DNA of 64,000 nucleotides from Arcobacteraceae bacterium (GCA_963662945.1 OY759974.1:864001-928000); one strand, 5' to 3'; shown: positions 41,938 to 52,424, counted from the first letter of the stretch. The notes: generated from the letters alone by a model not told the origin. Program-made: numbers and translations.

Positions 41938-43281
41938 ATGAATAAGATTAAAGATATTTTTAAAAAATCATTAACTACTAAGGATAATAATACTTTAGAA
42001 GAGTCTAGCAGACGTGATTTTTTCAAAAATACTGCTGCATTATCTGTAAGTGCTATCGCGGCTTCTAGTGTACTTGGTCCAGTTAAAGCTTTTGCTGATG
42101 ATCCAGCTATCGTAGAAGAAGCAGAATGGGGTGTAAAACTAGGAGATATGGTTACAAAAAACCTGTATGGAATCCCTTCACCTTATGAACATAACAACAT
42201 AAGAAGAACAACTGATTTACTTTCATCTGGAGACGCATACGCATCTATTTCTATGTGTCCAATCCATGAGTCTGAAGGTATTATCACACCAAATGGTTTA
42301 TTCTTTTGTAGAGACCACGGTGGGACAGCACATGTTGACCCTAATAAATACAGACTTATGATTCATGGAAAAGTTAAAAAAGAGATTGTTTTAACTTTAG
42401 ATGAACTTAAAAGATATCCATGTGAAACAAGAACATATTTTATTGAGTGTCCTGCAAATGGATCTCCTGAATGGAGAGCTCCACAATTCAATAACTTACA
42501 ATTCATGAAAGGTATGATGTCTTGTGCTTCTTGGACTGGTGTTATGTTAAAAACTATTTTAGATGATATTGGTTTAGAAGATGATGCTGTATGGATGATG
42601 GCTGAAGGTAGTGATAATGCTGGAAACCCAAGAACAATTCCTGTTGCAAAAGCACTAGATGATATTATGGTTGTTTGGGGTCAAAATGGAGAAGCATTAA
42701 GACCAGAACAAGGATATCCAGTAAGACTTGTTGTTCCAGGTTGGGAAGGGAACTTAAATACTAAATGGTTAAAAAGATTAGAATTCTCAGATAAACCTTG
42801 GCATTCAAAAGAAGAAACTTCAAAATATACTATGCTACAAAAATCTGGAAAAGCTATTCAATATTTCTGGCCAAATGAAGTTAACTCTGTAATTACTAAA
42901 CCTTGTCCTGAAAAACCATGGACTGATCTTAAAAAAGGTGATTTAGTAGAAATTGAAGGGCTTGCATGGTCAGGTCATGGAACTATTAAACATGTTGATA
43001 TTTCATTTGATGGTGGAGACAACTGGGTTGAAGCTAGCTTAAAAGGACTTGTATTACCAAAAGCATGGACTAGATTTAGTTATATGTATAGATGGGATGG
43101 AAAGCCAATATTATTATCAAGTAGAGCTACTGATGATATTAATAATACTCAACCAACAATTGATCAAGAAACATCAAAAGTAGGTGTTGAGTCTGTGTAC
43201 CATAGAAATGGTATAGTAACTTGGGAAGTAACTGCAAAAGGTGAGGTTAATAATGTACATATTAGAAAACATAAAGCTTAA
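41938..43281 (+). CDS. soxC: Sulfane dehydrogenase molybdoprotein subunit
   Basis: Tat SRRDFFK, ITPNGLFF, FIECPAN Mo-Cys, RPEQGYP, EETSKYT. Confidence 0.93.
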   Translation: MNKIKDIFKKSLTTKDNNTLEESSRRDFFKNTAALSVSAIAASSVLGPVKAFADDPAIVEEAEWGVKLGDMVTKNLYGIPSPYEHNNIRRTTDLLSSGDAYASISMCPIHESEGIITPNGLFFCRDHGGTAHVDPNKYRLMIHGKVKKEIVLTLDELKRYPCETRTYFIECPANGSPEWRAPQFNNLQFMKGMMSCASWTGVMLKTILDDIGLEDDAVWMMAEGSDNAGNPRTIPVAKALDDIMVVWGQNGEALRPEQGYPVRLVVPGWEGNLNTKWLKRLEFSDKPWHSKEETSKYTMLQKSGKAIQYFWPNEVNSVITKPCPEKPWTDLKKGDLVEIEGLAWSGHGTIKHVDISFDGGDNWVEASLKGLVLPKAWTRFSYMYRWDGKPILLSSRATDDINNTQPTIDQETSKVGVESVYHRNGIVTWEVTAKGEVNNVHIRKHKA

Positions 43282-44482
43282 AAATACAATACTAGGTCTT
43301 AGTTTAGTAACTGTAGCACTTGTTACATCTGGTTGTAACAATAGTGATGTAAAAATGTCAGATGCTACAAATGCAAAAGCAGAACATAGATCAGTAGATG
43401 GTGCTGTAAAATATGAAATAAAAGATGGTAAATACGAAGCTTATCATGTAAATACTCAAAAAGCTGAAAATTTTGGATATGGTAGAACACCAACTGAAAG
43501 AGAAATAAAAGCTTGGAATATTGATGTTATGCCAGATGGAACTGGTGTTCCAATGTATGATATGAAAAATGGTGAAGTTGTATTAGATGAAGATGGTAAA
43601 CCAAAAGTTGCTCAAGGAACAGTTGGTGAAGGTAATGAATTATACGATGCTCAATGTGCTATGTGTCATGGTGACTTTGGTGCAGGAGGAAAAGGTTACC
43701 CTACTCTTTCTGGAGGAAGTAAATCTTCACTTGTAAACCAACTTATGAACCCTGCAGATGAGAATCCAGGAATGGAACCTCCAAAAAGAACAATTGGAAC
43801 ATACTGGCCATATGCTAGTACATTATTTTGGTACATTCAAGATGCAATGCCATTTCCACACCCAAAAAGCTTAAGTAATAGTGAAACATATGCTATCACT
43901 GCTTATTTATTATTTGAAAATGGTATTAAAGTAGATGGTGTTGACTTAGATGAAGAATTTGTAATGAATAGAGAACAATTCTTAAAAATTAAAATGCCAA
44001 ATGCAGATGGTTTTTATCCACAAGTTGATACACCAAAAGATCCTAAACAAGGTGTAAAAAACATGACAGAGTTCTTAAGTAATCCTGAGAACTATGGAAA
44101 AGGTACAAGATGTATGAAAGATTGTATCAAAGAAGATGTATCAAAACTTGTAATGAGAATTAGTGATGGTGGTCTTAGTGACTTCAATCCTCCTGCATCA
44201 ACAGTAAGAGATATGCCAGTAATTGAAGCAACAGGTCCTGTTCATCCAGGAAAAGCTGGATATGAAGCTTCTTGTAGTGCTTGTCACTCAAATGAAGCAA
44301 TTGGAGCTCCTGTTGTTGGGAACAAAGAAGCATGGGATGCTGTTATGGAAAAAGGAATTGATGGTGTTTACCACAATGCTTTAAATGGTGTAAATGCAAT
44401 GCCTCCAAAAGGTGGAAATATGGATTTATCTGACGATCAAGTTAAAGAGATTGTTAACTATATGATAGAAGCAAGTAAATAA
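43253..44482 (+). CDS. soxD: Sulfane dehydrogenase diheme cytochrome subunit
   Basis: GRTPT..IKAWNIDV, CAMCHG, GTYWPYA, second heme CSACH. Confidence 0.92.
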   Translation: MYILENIKLKNTILGLSLVTVALVTSGCNNSDVKMSDATNAKAEHRSVDGAVKYEIKDGKYEAYHVNTQKAENFGYGRTPTEREIKAWNIDVMPDGTGVPMYDMKNGEVVLDEDGKPKVAQGTVGEGNELYDAQCAMCHGDFGAGGKGYPTLSGGSKSSLVNQLMNPADENPGMEPPKRTIGTYWPYASTLFWYIQDAMPFPHPKSLSNSETYAITAYLLFENGIKVDGVDLDEEFVMNREQFLKIKMPNADGFYPQVDTPKDPKQGVKNMTEFLSNPENYGKGTRCMKDCIKEDVSKLVMRISDGGLSDFNPPASTVRDMPVIEATGPVHPGKAGYEASCSACHSNEAIGAPVVGNKEAWDAVMEKGIDGVYHNALNGVNAMPPKGGNMDLSDDQVKEIVNYMIEASK

Positions 44483-44501
44483 TTTCTAATTTACTCCACT
44501 T

Positions 44502-44538
44502 AAAAAGGTTCAATGGTTTTTCCATTGAACCTTTTTTT
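44502..44538 (+). terminator. Intrinsic terminator after soxD
   Basis: AAAAAGGTTCAATGG...CCATTGAACCTTTTTT. Confidence 0.75.
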
Positions 44539-44824
44539 ATTTAAATTAACTATAATTATTTATTATACTATTATTGAAACAAATAATTTTTATTCAAAAT
44601 TTTAATATTATAAAAAGTTATATATTAACAAGATAAACTTTTTATAAAAAAACAGATGAAATTGTTACAATTTATAACAAATTATAATATATAATATATT
44701 AAATAAGAATTTAAAATAATCCTTTATTTATGGGCTTTTCTGGCATTAGACAAACTTATAAAATTATAATAAAAAAAACTTCAACTTATATATCAAAAAA
44801 TATTAATTTTTTTAACGATTTTAC

Positions 44825-44854
44825 TTGACATTAGATGATAATTTTGATTATAAT
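44825..44854 (+). promoter_or_regulatory. Putative sigma70 promoter of soxXYZA
   Basis: TTGACA-N18-TATAAT. Confidence 0.6.
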
Positions 44855-44934
44855 TCTCTGTTTTAGTATTTTTAACATACTAAATAATATGTTAATAAGA
44901 TAATATATTAACTACAATAAAAAAAGGAGACAAG

Positions 44935-45300
44935 ATGAGATTAGCTAAAAGTTTACTAATAGCATCAGCGATAAGTGGTTTAATTTCTACTTCAAGTTTT
45001 GCGAATGCAGATTTGGTTGCAAAAGGTGAAAAGATTTTTAAAACTAAAAAACTTGGAAACTGTGTAGCTTGTCATGCTATTAATGGAAAAGCTGATATTG
45101 ACAAAATGGGTCCAGGAAGCTTTGGTCCAAAACTTTCAGGTTTATCGTACTGGGATGATAAAACATTATATGATACAGTATATGATATTTATGCAGCTAG
45201 AGGTATAAAAATATCTCCAATGCCAGCATTTGGAAGAAACGGTTGGCTAGATGATGCAGAAATTAAAGCAGTTGTTGCTTATTTAAAAACAATTAATTAA
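44935..45300 (+). CDS. soxX: SoxX cytochrome
   Basis: GNCVACH, GP.L, MPAFG. Confidence 0.92.
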   Translation: MRLAKSLLIASAISGLISTSSFANADLVAKGEKIFKTKKLGNCVACHAINGKADIDKMGPGSFGPKLSGLSYWDDKTLYDTVYDIYAARGIKISPMPAFGRNGWLDDAEIKAVVAYLKTIN

Positions 45301-45317
45301 AATTAGGAGAAATTACA

Positions 45318-45767
45318 ATGAATAGAAGAAATTTTTTAGGTTTAGGTTTAGGTGCAGCAGCAGTTGCAATGGTTCCAATGAATTTAAGTGCTATCGATTT
45401 TAGAGCTACAAAACCAGCAGCATGGTCAGCAAAAAAAGTTGATGAGGCAATCAAAGCGTTATATGGTACAACAGCAGCAACAAAAAGTGGTGTTAAGTTA
45501 AAAGCTCCAGATATTGCAGAAAATGGTGCAGTTATTCCTGTATCAGTATCTTCAGATTTAGCTGGTAAAACAGTTGCATTATTCCAAGATGCTAACCCAG
45601 AAGCTACAATTGCTGTATTTACAGTTCCTGCTAAAGGTATTATAGATTATTCAGTAAGAATTAAAATGATGAAAACTGGTACAGTTACAGCTATCGTTGA
45701 AGTTGATGGTAAACTACATACAGATTCACAATTAGTAAAAGTTACAAAAGGTGGATGTGGAGGTTGA
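45318..45767 (+). CDS. soxY: Sulfur carrier protein SoxY
   Basis: Tat NRRNFL, APDIAENG, C-terminal VKVTKGGCGG. Confidence 0.96.
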   Translation: MNRRNFLGLGLGAAAVAMVPMNLSAIDFRATKPAAWSAKKVDEAIKALYGTTAATKSGVKLKAPDIAENGAVIPVSVSSDLAGKTVALFQDANPEATIAVFTVPAKGIIDYSVRIKMMKTGTVTAIVEVDGKLHTDSQLVKVTKGGCGG

Positions 45768-45831
45768 TCCAACACCCATTTATCAAAATAATACAACTAT
45801 AAAACATTTAAATTAAAAGGAAAAGAATATT

Positions 45832-46140
45832 ATGGCAACAAAAAATACAAGAATAAAAGCAAGTGTAAAAAAAGGTGTTACTACAGTAAAAGCTATGGCA
45901 ACTCACCCAATGATGAGTTATGATGAAGCAAAAAGAGCAAAAAAAGAAGCTAACTTCATTACACATATGACAGCAAAAGTTGGTGGAGAAGTAGTATTTG
46001 AAGTTTCTACAAGTCAATTTTTATCTAAAAACCCTTACTTAAAGTTCTCATTTAACGGTGGAGAAAAAGGTCAAGAAGTTGAAATCGCATGGGTTGATTT
46101 AAAAGGTGAGACAAACACAAGTACAGGTAAAATCAAATAA
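45832..46140 (+). CDS. soxZ: SoxZ
   Basis: HPM, ANFI, SKNPYLKF, WVDLKG. Confidence 0.95.
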   Translation: MATKNTRIKASVKKGVTTVKAMATHPMMSYDEAKRAKKEANFITHMTAKVGGEVVFEVSTSQFLSKNPYLKFSFNGGEKGQEVEIAWVDLKGETNTSTGKIK

Positions 46141-46187
46141 TTACATTCTTTAAAATAAAGATGTAAAAAATAACGAAGGAGATAACT

Positions 46188-47102
46188 ATGTTATTAAAAA
46201 TTGTAAGAACTTCTGCATTAGTAGCATTAGCAGCTTGTACTTTAAGTGCAAACTCTTTTAATGCTCAAGCTGAAAAAGATAAGAATGAACTTGTTAAATA
46301 TTTCGAAGCTAAGTTCGCAGATCCAGAAAAAAATGCAGCGACATTTTTCCCATATTCAACAGAAGATGAATTAAAAAACAATATCAAAAAAGGTCTAAAA
46401 CATATGGACTTTGGTATTGGTAACTATGCTTTTAACACAGCAGGTGTTGCAACATATGAAGAACTTAAAGAGATGCCACCTTATGAAGCTGATATAGAAG
46501 CTGGTGAAGCTCTATACAATAAAAAATTTGCAAATGGTAATTCTCTTGCAGTATGTTTCCCAGATCCAACAATCGGTGGAGACTATCCAATGTTTGATGA
46601 AAAAAGAAAACAAGTTGTTTCTTTAACACAAGTTATCAACGAGTGTATTACATCAAATGGTGAAAAAAAATGGAATGAGAAAAAAGGTGATATGGCTTCA
46701 GTTCAAGCATTCTTTGCAAACAAAACAAAAGAAGCTGAGAAGAAAGTTAATATCAAAATTGAAAGTGCAGAAGCAGCAGCTGCTTATGAGAGAGGTAAAG
46801 AATTTTACTACACTCAAAGAGGTTACTTAAATCTTTCTTGTGCAACATGTCACGTTCAAGGTGCAGGTCAAAGAGTTAGAAATGAGTCTTTATCTCAACT
46901 TCTAGGACACACTACTCACTTCCCAGTTTACAGATTAAAATGGCAAGGATTAGGTACTTTAGAGCGAAGAATGGAAGGTTGTGTTAAAGATCAAGGTCAA
47001 AACCCACCAAAACCATCTAGTAAAGAGATGAAAGAGTTACTATACTTTATGGCATATATGTCAAATGGAATGGCTGTTGACGGTCCAGACGTAAGAAAAT
47101 AG
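46188..47102 (+). CDS. soxA: SoxA cytochrome (monoheme type)
   Basis: RGYLNLSCATCH, HFPVYRLKW, RRMEGC; first heme site reduced to AVCFP. Confidence 0.94.
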   Translation: MLLKIVRTSALVALAACTLSANSFNAQAEKDKNELVKYFEAKFADPEKNAATFFPYSTEDELKNNIKKGLKHMDFGIGNYAFNTAGVATYEELKEMPPYEADIEAGEALYNKKFANGNSLAVCFPDPTIGGDYPMFDEKRKQVVSLTQVINECITSNGEKKWNEKKGDMASVQAFFANKTKEAEKKVNIKIESAEAAAAYERGKEFYYTQRGYLNLSCATCHVQGAGQRVRNESLSQLLGHTTHFPVYRLKWQGLGTLERRMEGCVKDQGQNPPKPSSKEMKELLYFMAYMSNGMAVDGPDVRK

Positions 47103-47113
47103 GAGAGAGAAAG

Positions 47114-47554
47114 ATGAAAAAAATATATAGTTTAGCAATAACTTCAATCGCAGCATTTTCTTTAGCAGGATGTATGGGTGGTTCAAATAGTATTACTCCA
47201 GCAGCTTCTGTAAAACTTGATCAAAGAGAAGTTTGTAATGTAAGCAAACTTGGAATTGAAACTGTTTTAGCAAATGCAAAAGTATACAATGCTGCTGCAA
47301 TAAAAGAAAAAGTAGAGTTTAGAAGACTTGGTGTAAATAATAGTGATTTAATTATTGCTGTTGAAGAAGGTCTTAAAACTAAAGCAAAAACAGTTACTCC
47401 AAAAGATTTCAAAGGGAAAGAAACAAAAGACAAATTTCCAATTGAATATGCAGCTCACAGAGCTTGTACTTTTGGTTTAAGTGCATTGCAACAAAAAGAG
47501 GAAGGTAAATCTACATGGAGATTAGCTGTTCCAGGTGACGGTTACAAATATTAA
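47114..47554 (+). CDS. Uncharacterised lipoprotein in the sox operon
   Basis: Lipobox LAGC; strong RBS; lies between soxA and soxB. Confidence 0.75.
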   Translation: MKKIYSLAITSIAAFSLAGCMGGSNSITPAASVKLDQREVCNVSKLGIETVLANAKVYNAAAIKEKVEFRRLGVNNSDLIIAVEEGLKTKAKTVTPKDFKGKETKDKFPIEYAAHRACTFGLSALQQKEEGKSTWRLAVPGDGYKY

Positions 47555-47580
47555 TAACATAAGTTAAATGTTACCAATTC

Positions 47581-47610
47581 AAAAAAGCCAAGTATTTTAC
47601 TTGGCTTTTT
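47581..47610 (+). terminator. Intrinsic terminator before soxB
   Basis: AAAAAGCCAAGTA...TACTTGGCTTTTT. Confidence 0.7.
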
Positions 47611-47681
47611 TAACATTAAAATTACTTATGTAAGTTAACAAATGATAAAATAACTAAAATTTATAAAATGAAGGAAATTAA

Positions 47682-49484
47682 ATGAGTAAAATGAGTAGAA
47701 GAGAATTCATATACATGTCAGCCCTACTTGCTGGTACTGCACCTGTATTTGCAAATTCACATACACGACTTTCAAATAGTGGAAAGGCTGAAGATTATTA
47801 TAAACTAGATAGTTTTGGTAATGTTAGACTTATGCACATGACAGATAGTCACGCCCAATTATTACCAGTATATTTTAGAGAACCAAATGTAAACTTAGGT
47901 TTCTTTGAAAACTTTGGTAAACCACCACATATTGTAGGTGATAAACTATTAGAAAGATATGGAATTAAAGGTGATAAAAGATTAGAATATGCTTTTTCAT
48001 GTGTAAATTTTGAAAAACATGCAAAAGAGATGGGAAGAATTGGTGGTTTTGCACAAATTAAAACTGTTGTTGATCACTTAAAAAAATCTTTTGGTTCTGA
48101 AAAGTGTTTACTTTTAGATGGTGGTGATACTTGGCAAGGTAGCTGGACTTCACTTCAAACAAGAGGTAAAGACATGGTTGGTGCTATGAATATTTTAGGT
48201 GTTGACGTTGCTGTTGGACACTGGGAATTCACATATAAAGCAGAAGAAGTATTAGAAAATGTTTCTCACTTAAAAGCTGAATTTATAGCACAAAACATCA
48301 AAGTAAAAGAAGATTCAATGATGAATGGTGTTAGTGCATATGATGAAGATGAAGGTTATGCATTTAAACCATATACTATCAAAGAACTAAATGGTGCAAG
48401 AGTAGCCATAGTTGGTCAAGCATTCCCTTACACAACTATTGCAAATCCACAAAGAAATATTCCTGATTGGACATTTTCAATTAGAGAAGATGGAATGCAA
48501 GAATTAGTAGAAAAAATTAGAGAAGAAGAAAAACCAGATGCAGTAATCGTTCTTTCTCACAACGGATACGATGTTGATAAAAGAATGGCTGAAGTATGTA
48601 GTGGAATTGACTTTATCATGGGAGGACATACACATGATGGTGTTCCTGAAGCTTATGAAGTTACAAATGCAGCTGGTGAAAAAACATATGTATGTAATGC
48701 TGGTTCAAATGGTAAATTCTTAAATGTATTAGATTTAGATATTCAAAATGGAAAAATCAAAGATTTCAAATTTACACTTTTACCAATCTTCTCAGACTTA
48801 GTTCCAGAAGATCCAGATATGAAAAAATATATTGAACTTGTAAGAAGACCTTTCCAAAAAGAACTTTCAAGAGAAATAGCAACAACTGATTTAACTCTAT
48901 TTAGAAGAGGAAATTTTAATGGTTCTTGGGATCAATTAATTTGTGATGCTTTAATTGAAGTAAAAGGTGCTGATGTATCACTTTCTCCAGGTTTTAGATG
49001 GGGAACTTCACTTATGCCAGGACAAACTGTAACATTTGATGATTTAGCAACTCAAACTGCTATGACTTATCCAGAAACTTATGCAGTTGATATGACAGGT
49101 GCTGCTATTAAAGATACACTTGAAGATGTTGCTGATAACTTATTTAATGCAAATCCTTTCTTACAATCTGGTGGAGATATGGTAAGAACAGGTGGTATTT
49201 CATATAGAATTGATCCAACTAAAAAAATGGGTGAAAGAATTTCTCATATCACTCTAACAAAAACTGGTAAATTAATGGAAGCAAATAAAAAGTATAAAGT
49301 TGCTGGTTGGTCAACAGTTAATTCTGTTTCTCCAGGTGAACCAATTTGGGAAACTACTGAAACATACCTTAGAAACTTAAAACATATTGATGCAAGTAAC
49401 TTAAAAATTAATGGTGCTCAAATGGATATGCTTGCAGTTAAAGGTAATCCAGGATACGATGCAAGATACGATTACAATATGTAA
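47682..49484 (+). CDS. soxB: Thiosulfohydrolase SoxB
   Basis: Tat SRREF, TDSHAQL..YFREP, DGGDTWQG, GHWEF, LSHNG, GGHTHD, SPGFRWG. Confidence 0.96.
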   Translation: MSKMSRREFIYMSALLAGTAPVFANSHTRLSNSGKAEDYYKLDSFGNVRLMHMTDSHAQLLPVYFREPNVNLGFFENFGKPPHIVGDKLLERYGIKGDKRLEYAFSCVNFEKHAKEMGRIGGFAQIKTVVDHLKKSFGSEKCLLLDGGDTWQGSWTSLQTRGKDMVGAMNILGVDVAVGHWEFTYKAEEVLENVSHLKAEFIAQNIKVKEDSMMNGVSAYDEDEGYAFKPYTIKELNGARVAIVGQAFPYTTIANPQRNIPDWTFSIREDGMQELVEKIREEEKPDAVIVLSHNGYDVDKRMAEVCSGIDFIMGGHTHDGVPEAYEVTNAAGEKTYVCNAGSNGKFLNVLDLDIQNGKIKDFKFTLLPIFSDLVPEDPDMKKYIELVRRPFQKELSREIATTDLTLFRRGNFNGSWDQLICDALIEVKGADVSLSPGFRWGTSLMPGQTVTFDDLATQTAMTYPETYAVDMTGAAIKDTLEDVADNLFNANPFLQSGGDMVRTGGISYRIDPTKKMGERISHITLTKTGKLMEANKKYKVAGWSTVNSVSPGEPIWETTETYLRNLKHIDASNLKINGAQMDMLAVKGNPGYDARYDYNM

Positions 49485-49650
49485 TTCACTTCATAAATAA
49501 AATTTAGCTATTTGCTAAATTTTATTTATCTCTCAATGTTACTTCAAAATTTAAAACCCCTCTTCTCTCTCCAAATAAAATATAATTATTTATAATACAT
49601 TAATATTTACTAGTTATAATTATTCCAAATAATAAAAAAGGAGTTTATTG

Positions 49651-50430
49651 ATGAAAAAAATACTATTATCTGTACTACTTACAGTACTAAGTGTAGTTGA
49701 ATTACAAGCAAACGTAACACAAGAACAATGTTCACAAAAAGGTGATAATTTCATTTTTGCAGGTGGAGAATGTATCCAATACGTTAAATTTAAAGGTGAA
49801 GTAGAAGATAAACTAAATATTATTGTTCACGGTACTTGGAAATCTGGAACTAATACTTTAGGAAGATATGCACCATTTGCTGAAACTATTAATATGAATA
49901 CTGACATTACAACTGTTGCCGTTGCTCTTCCTGGATATTCTGGTTCTTCAACAAATAAAATAAAAGATCTTAACCATGGTAGTAATAGTGTCTATACTAA
50001 AGAATATATTGAATTCATGGCATCACTTATTAAAGCATTAAAAGAAAAATTTAATGCAACAACAGTAAATTACATTGGACATTCTGCTGGAGCATCTTTA
50101 GGTGTTAATGTAATAGCGCTCAATCCTGATTTACTACAAAGTGTAACAGCTGCTGGTGGGAGATTTAATCTTGATAAATTTAAAGAAAATGAAAAAGTTG
50201 GTCTTGTAACAATTAGTGATTATCTTGATAGTATAAAAGATACAAAACTCTTACTTGTTTATGGAACAAAAGATACAATTTCTGAACCTCAAATCACAAA
50301 AGATTTTTATAAACTTGTTCAAGATAAAGGTGTTGATGTAAAAATTGTTGAAGTAAAAGGTGCTGAACATATTGACTTAGATATGACCGATCCTTCTGTA
50401 GAGGCTATAACAGAACTTGTTACTCAATAA
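49651..50430 (+). CDS. Secreted alpha/beta hydrolase
   Basis: Signal peptide, VHG, GHSAG nucleophile elbow, GTKD, H. Confidence 0.85.
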   Translation: MKKILLSVLLTVLSVVELQANVTQEQCSQKGDNFIFAGGECIQYVKFKGEVEDKLNIIVHGTWKSGTNTLGRYAPFAETINMNTDITTVAVALPGYSGSSTNKIKDLNHGSNSVYTKEYIEFMASLIKALKEKFNATTVNYIGHSAGASLGVNVIALNPDLLQSVTAAGGRFNLDKFKENEKVGLVTISDYLDSIKDTKLLLVYGTKDTISEPQITKDFYKLVQDKGVDVKIVEVKGAEHIDLDMTDPSVEAITELVTQ

Positions 50431-50472
50431 AAATATTAAATAGATAATTTTTATTATCTATTTAATAATTTA

Positions 50473-50955
50473 TTAATCCTTAAATTCTAAATCTGCTAAA
50501 TAACCTGCAAAATCTGTTTCTAAATATAATTTATTTTTTATATAATCTAAAATAAGATTAAATGTACTTGTATCTCTATATCCTTTTAAAGCATAAACGA
50601 TTTCATTACTTGTATCTATAAATACAACTGAAGGATAAAAACTTAAATTTACATATTTAGAAAAGGCTTTTTTTGTCCCTTTAAAATCTTTATATTGAAT
50701 AATACCTTCATCATCAACATTTACATCGATAAATATATAATCTTTTTCCATTTTCTCTTTAGCAATTTTATCACTAAAAGCATTGTCAATCATTCTTATA
50801 CAATAGGGACAATGTGTCATATGAAAAAATATCATTATATGCTTATTTTCTACTTTTGCCTCTTTTTGAGCAATCTCATCTATATTTATTATTCCATCAG
50901 CAAAACTAAATCTAGTAAATATAAGTAAAATAAACACTATTTTAAAATACTTCAT
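50473..50955 (-). CDS. SoxW-like thioredoxin-family protein
   Basis: Signal peptide, CPYC, YPSVVF; sox context. Confidence 0.82.
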   Translation of the reverse strand: MKYFKIVFILLIFTRFSFADGIINIDEIAQKEAKVENKHIMIFFHMTHCPYCIRMIDNAFSDKIAKEKMEKDYIFIDVNVDDEGIIQYKDFKGTKKAFSKYVNLSFYPSVVFIDTSNEIVYALKGYRDTSTFNLILDYIKNKLYLETDFAGYLADLEFKD

Positions 50956-50957
50956 AG

Positions 50958-51884
50958 CTACTCTCCATCGTAAAATTCTAATTCTCCATAAGCTCTTGAT
51001 ACATTTCTTGGATTTAATAAATCAAATAAAGCTTTATCTTTAAATTCTACCATTTGTACAAAATTATTAACACCTTCAAGTCCAACTTCCTCTCCAACTG
51101 CTTTTAAAATTCTTTCTTTTAAAAGTGAGAAATATTGAATTGATTCATCAACAGCTGATTTTGAAAAATCATAACCATGCCCTGGTACTAAAACATTCCA
51201 ATCATATTGTTGAATAGTTTTTAAAGCCTTTAATTGACCAAGCACTAATCCATCCCTATTTGATGTAATTCTGCCATTCATTACAATATCACCAGCAAAC
51301 ATAACTTTTCTTTGAGGCATATACATTAGAACATCAAATTTACTATGTCCTTGACCCACAGGAATAAACTCAATTGTTTCACCATCAAAATTTTTTGTTT
51401 CAGGTTTTGTAATGTACTCATCAAGTTTTACTATATGAGTACCCTCCAATGCATCATGAGAAAGTAATTTATGCATTCTTGAAGGTTCTCCTTCTCTATA
51501 GTTTTCATCCTGTAGCTTCACACCATAGAGTTTTGCATCAAATTTTTCTTTGTAAAAATTATTTCCTAGCCAATGATCATCATGTTCATGAGTATTTAAA
51601 ACTACACTTACTGGAAGTTTTGCTATTTTCTCCATCTTTTCATAAGCAGCTTTTGCAAATTGATAAGTAGGACCACTATCAACAAGGATATAACTATTTT
51701 TTCCTTTAATATAACAATGATTAGACATATTTCCACCATTTTCTTTTGTTGGCATTTCTAATTTACCAAAAAAACACCAAACATTTTCACTTACTTTTTT
51801 TGGTTCTAATTTATATTCAAAAGCAAAAGTACTTATTACACTTAAACTTGTCAGCAAAAATACTCTACTAATAAGGTGTAACAT
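50958..51884 (-). CDS. soxH: SoxH-like metallo-beta-lactamase-fold protein
   Basis: THEHDDHWLGN, GH, AGD, VPGHG; ATG at 51884 after GGAGG. Confidence 0.75.
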   Translation of the reverse strand: MLHLISRVFLLTSLSVISTFAFEYKLEPKKVSENVWCFFGKLEMPTKENGGNMSNHCYIKGKNSYILVDSGPTYQFAKAAYEKMEKIAKLPVSVVLNTHEHDDHWLGNNFYKEKFDAKLYGVKLQDENYREGEPSRMHKLLSHDALEGTHIVKLDEYITKPETKNFDGETIEFIPVGQGHSKFDVLMYMPQRKVMFAGDIVMNGRITSNRDGLVLGQLKALKTIQQYDWNVLVPGHGYDFSKSAVDESIQYFSLLKERILKAVGEEVGLEGVNNFVQMVEFKDKALFDLLNPRNVSRAYGELEFYDGE

Positions 51885-52305
51885 TAATCCATCCTCCAGC
51901 AATTCTTTCTATTACTTCTGCAATACCAGCCTGCACATAACTTATATCATCAAGGAATTCTTCTTTTTTCCAATTCATTGTGTCCATAGTATTAATACAA
52001 CCTATAAATTCCACATCATATTCCATTAAAGAGTTTATTTTTTTAAGAGTTTCTGCATCATAATCTTTTCTTAATACCCTCATCCCTTGTGCATAAGCTA
52101 CAACTGAGATTTTAATACTTTCTGTTGGATATACTTTTAATACATTGTAAATTGAACCTAGCATATGATTTACCGTTTCAATATTTGCACTTCTAAGTTT
52201 TATTACCCATTTTCTTGGTTGTTCAAAAGTTGGTTTTGGATCAGAAAACTCCATTTGGGCAAACGACAATACCGAGATCATCATTAACAAAATTAACTTT
52301 TTCAT
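51868..52305 (-). CDS. Periplasmic DsrE-family protein
   Basis: Signal peptide from ATG 52305, ISVVAYAQG, FIGCINTM, AGIAEV, GW. Confidence 0.8.
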   Translation of the reverse strand: MKKLILLMMISVLSFAQMEFSDPKPTFEQPRKWVIKLRSANIETVNHMLGSIYNVLKVYPTESIKISVVAYAQGMRVLRKDYDAETLKKINSLMEYDVEFIGCINTMDTMNWKKEEFLDDISYVQAGIAEVIERIAGGWINVTPY

Positions 52306-52394
52306 ATTTTCCCTTTTATTATAAATTTTTATAGTATATCTGATATTCAATTAAAATAAAAACAAAAGAATTGAAAAAAATTCATGAAAAATCC

Positions 52395-52423
52395 TTGACA
52401 AAAAATGAAAAATTTACTACAAT
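52395..52423 (+). promoter_or_regulatory. sigma70 promoter of groESL
   Basis: TTGACA-N17-TACAAT. Confidence 0.75.
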
Positions 52424-52424
52424 T

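Noticed and set aside
49493-50466. Long AT-rich palindromes flanking the alpha/beta hydrolase gene (49493-49529 and 50434-50466)
   Set aside because: They are unrelated to each other and sit right after stop codons, so they are best explained as terminators.
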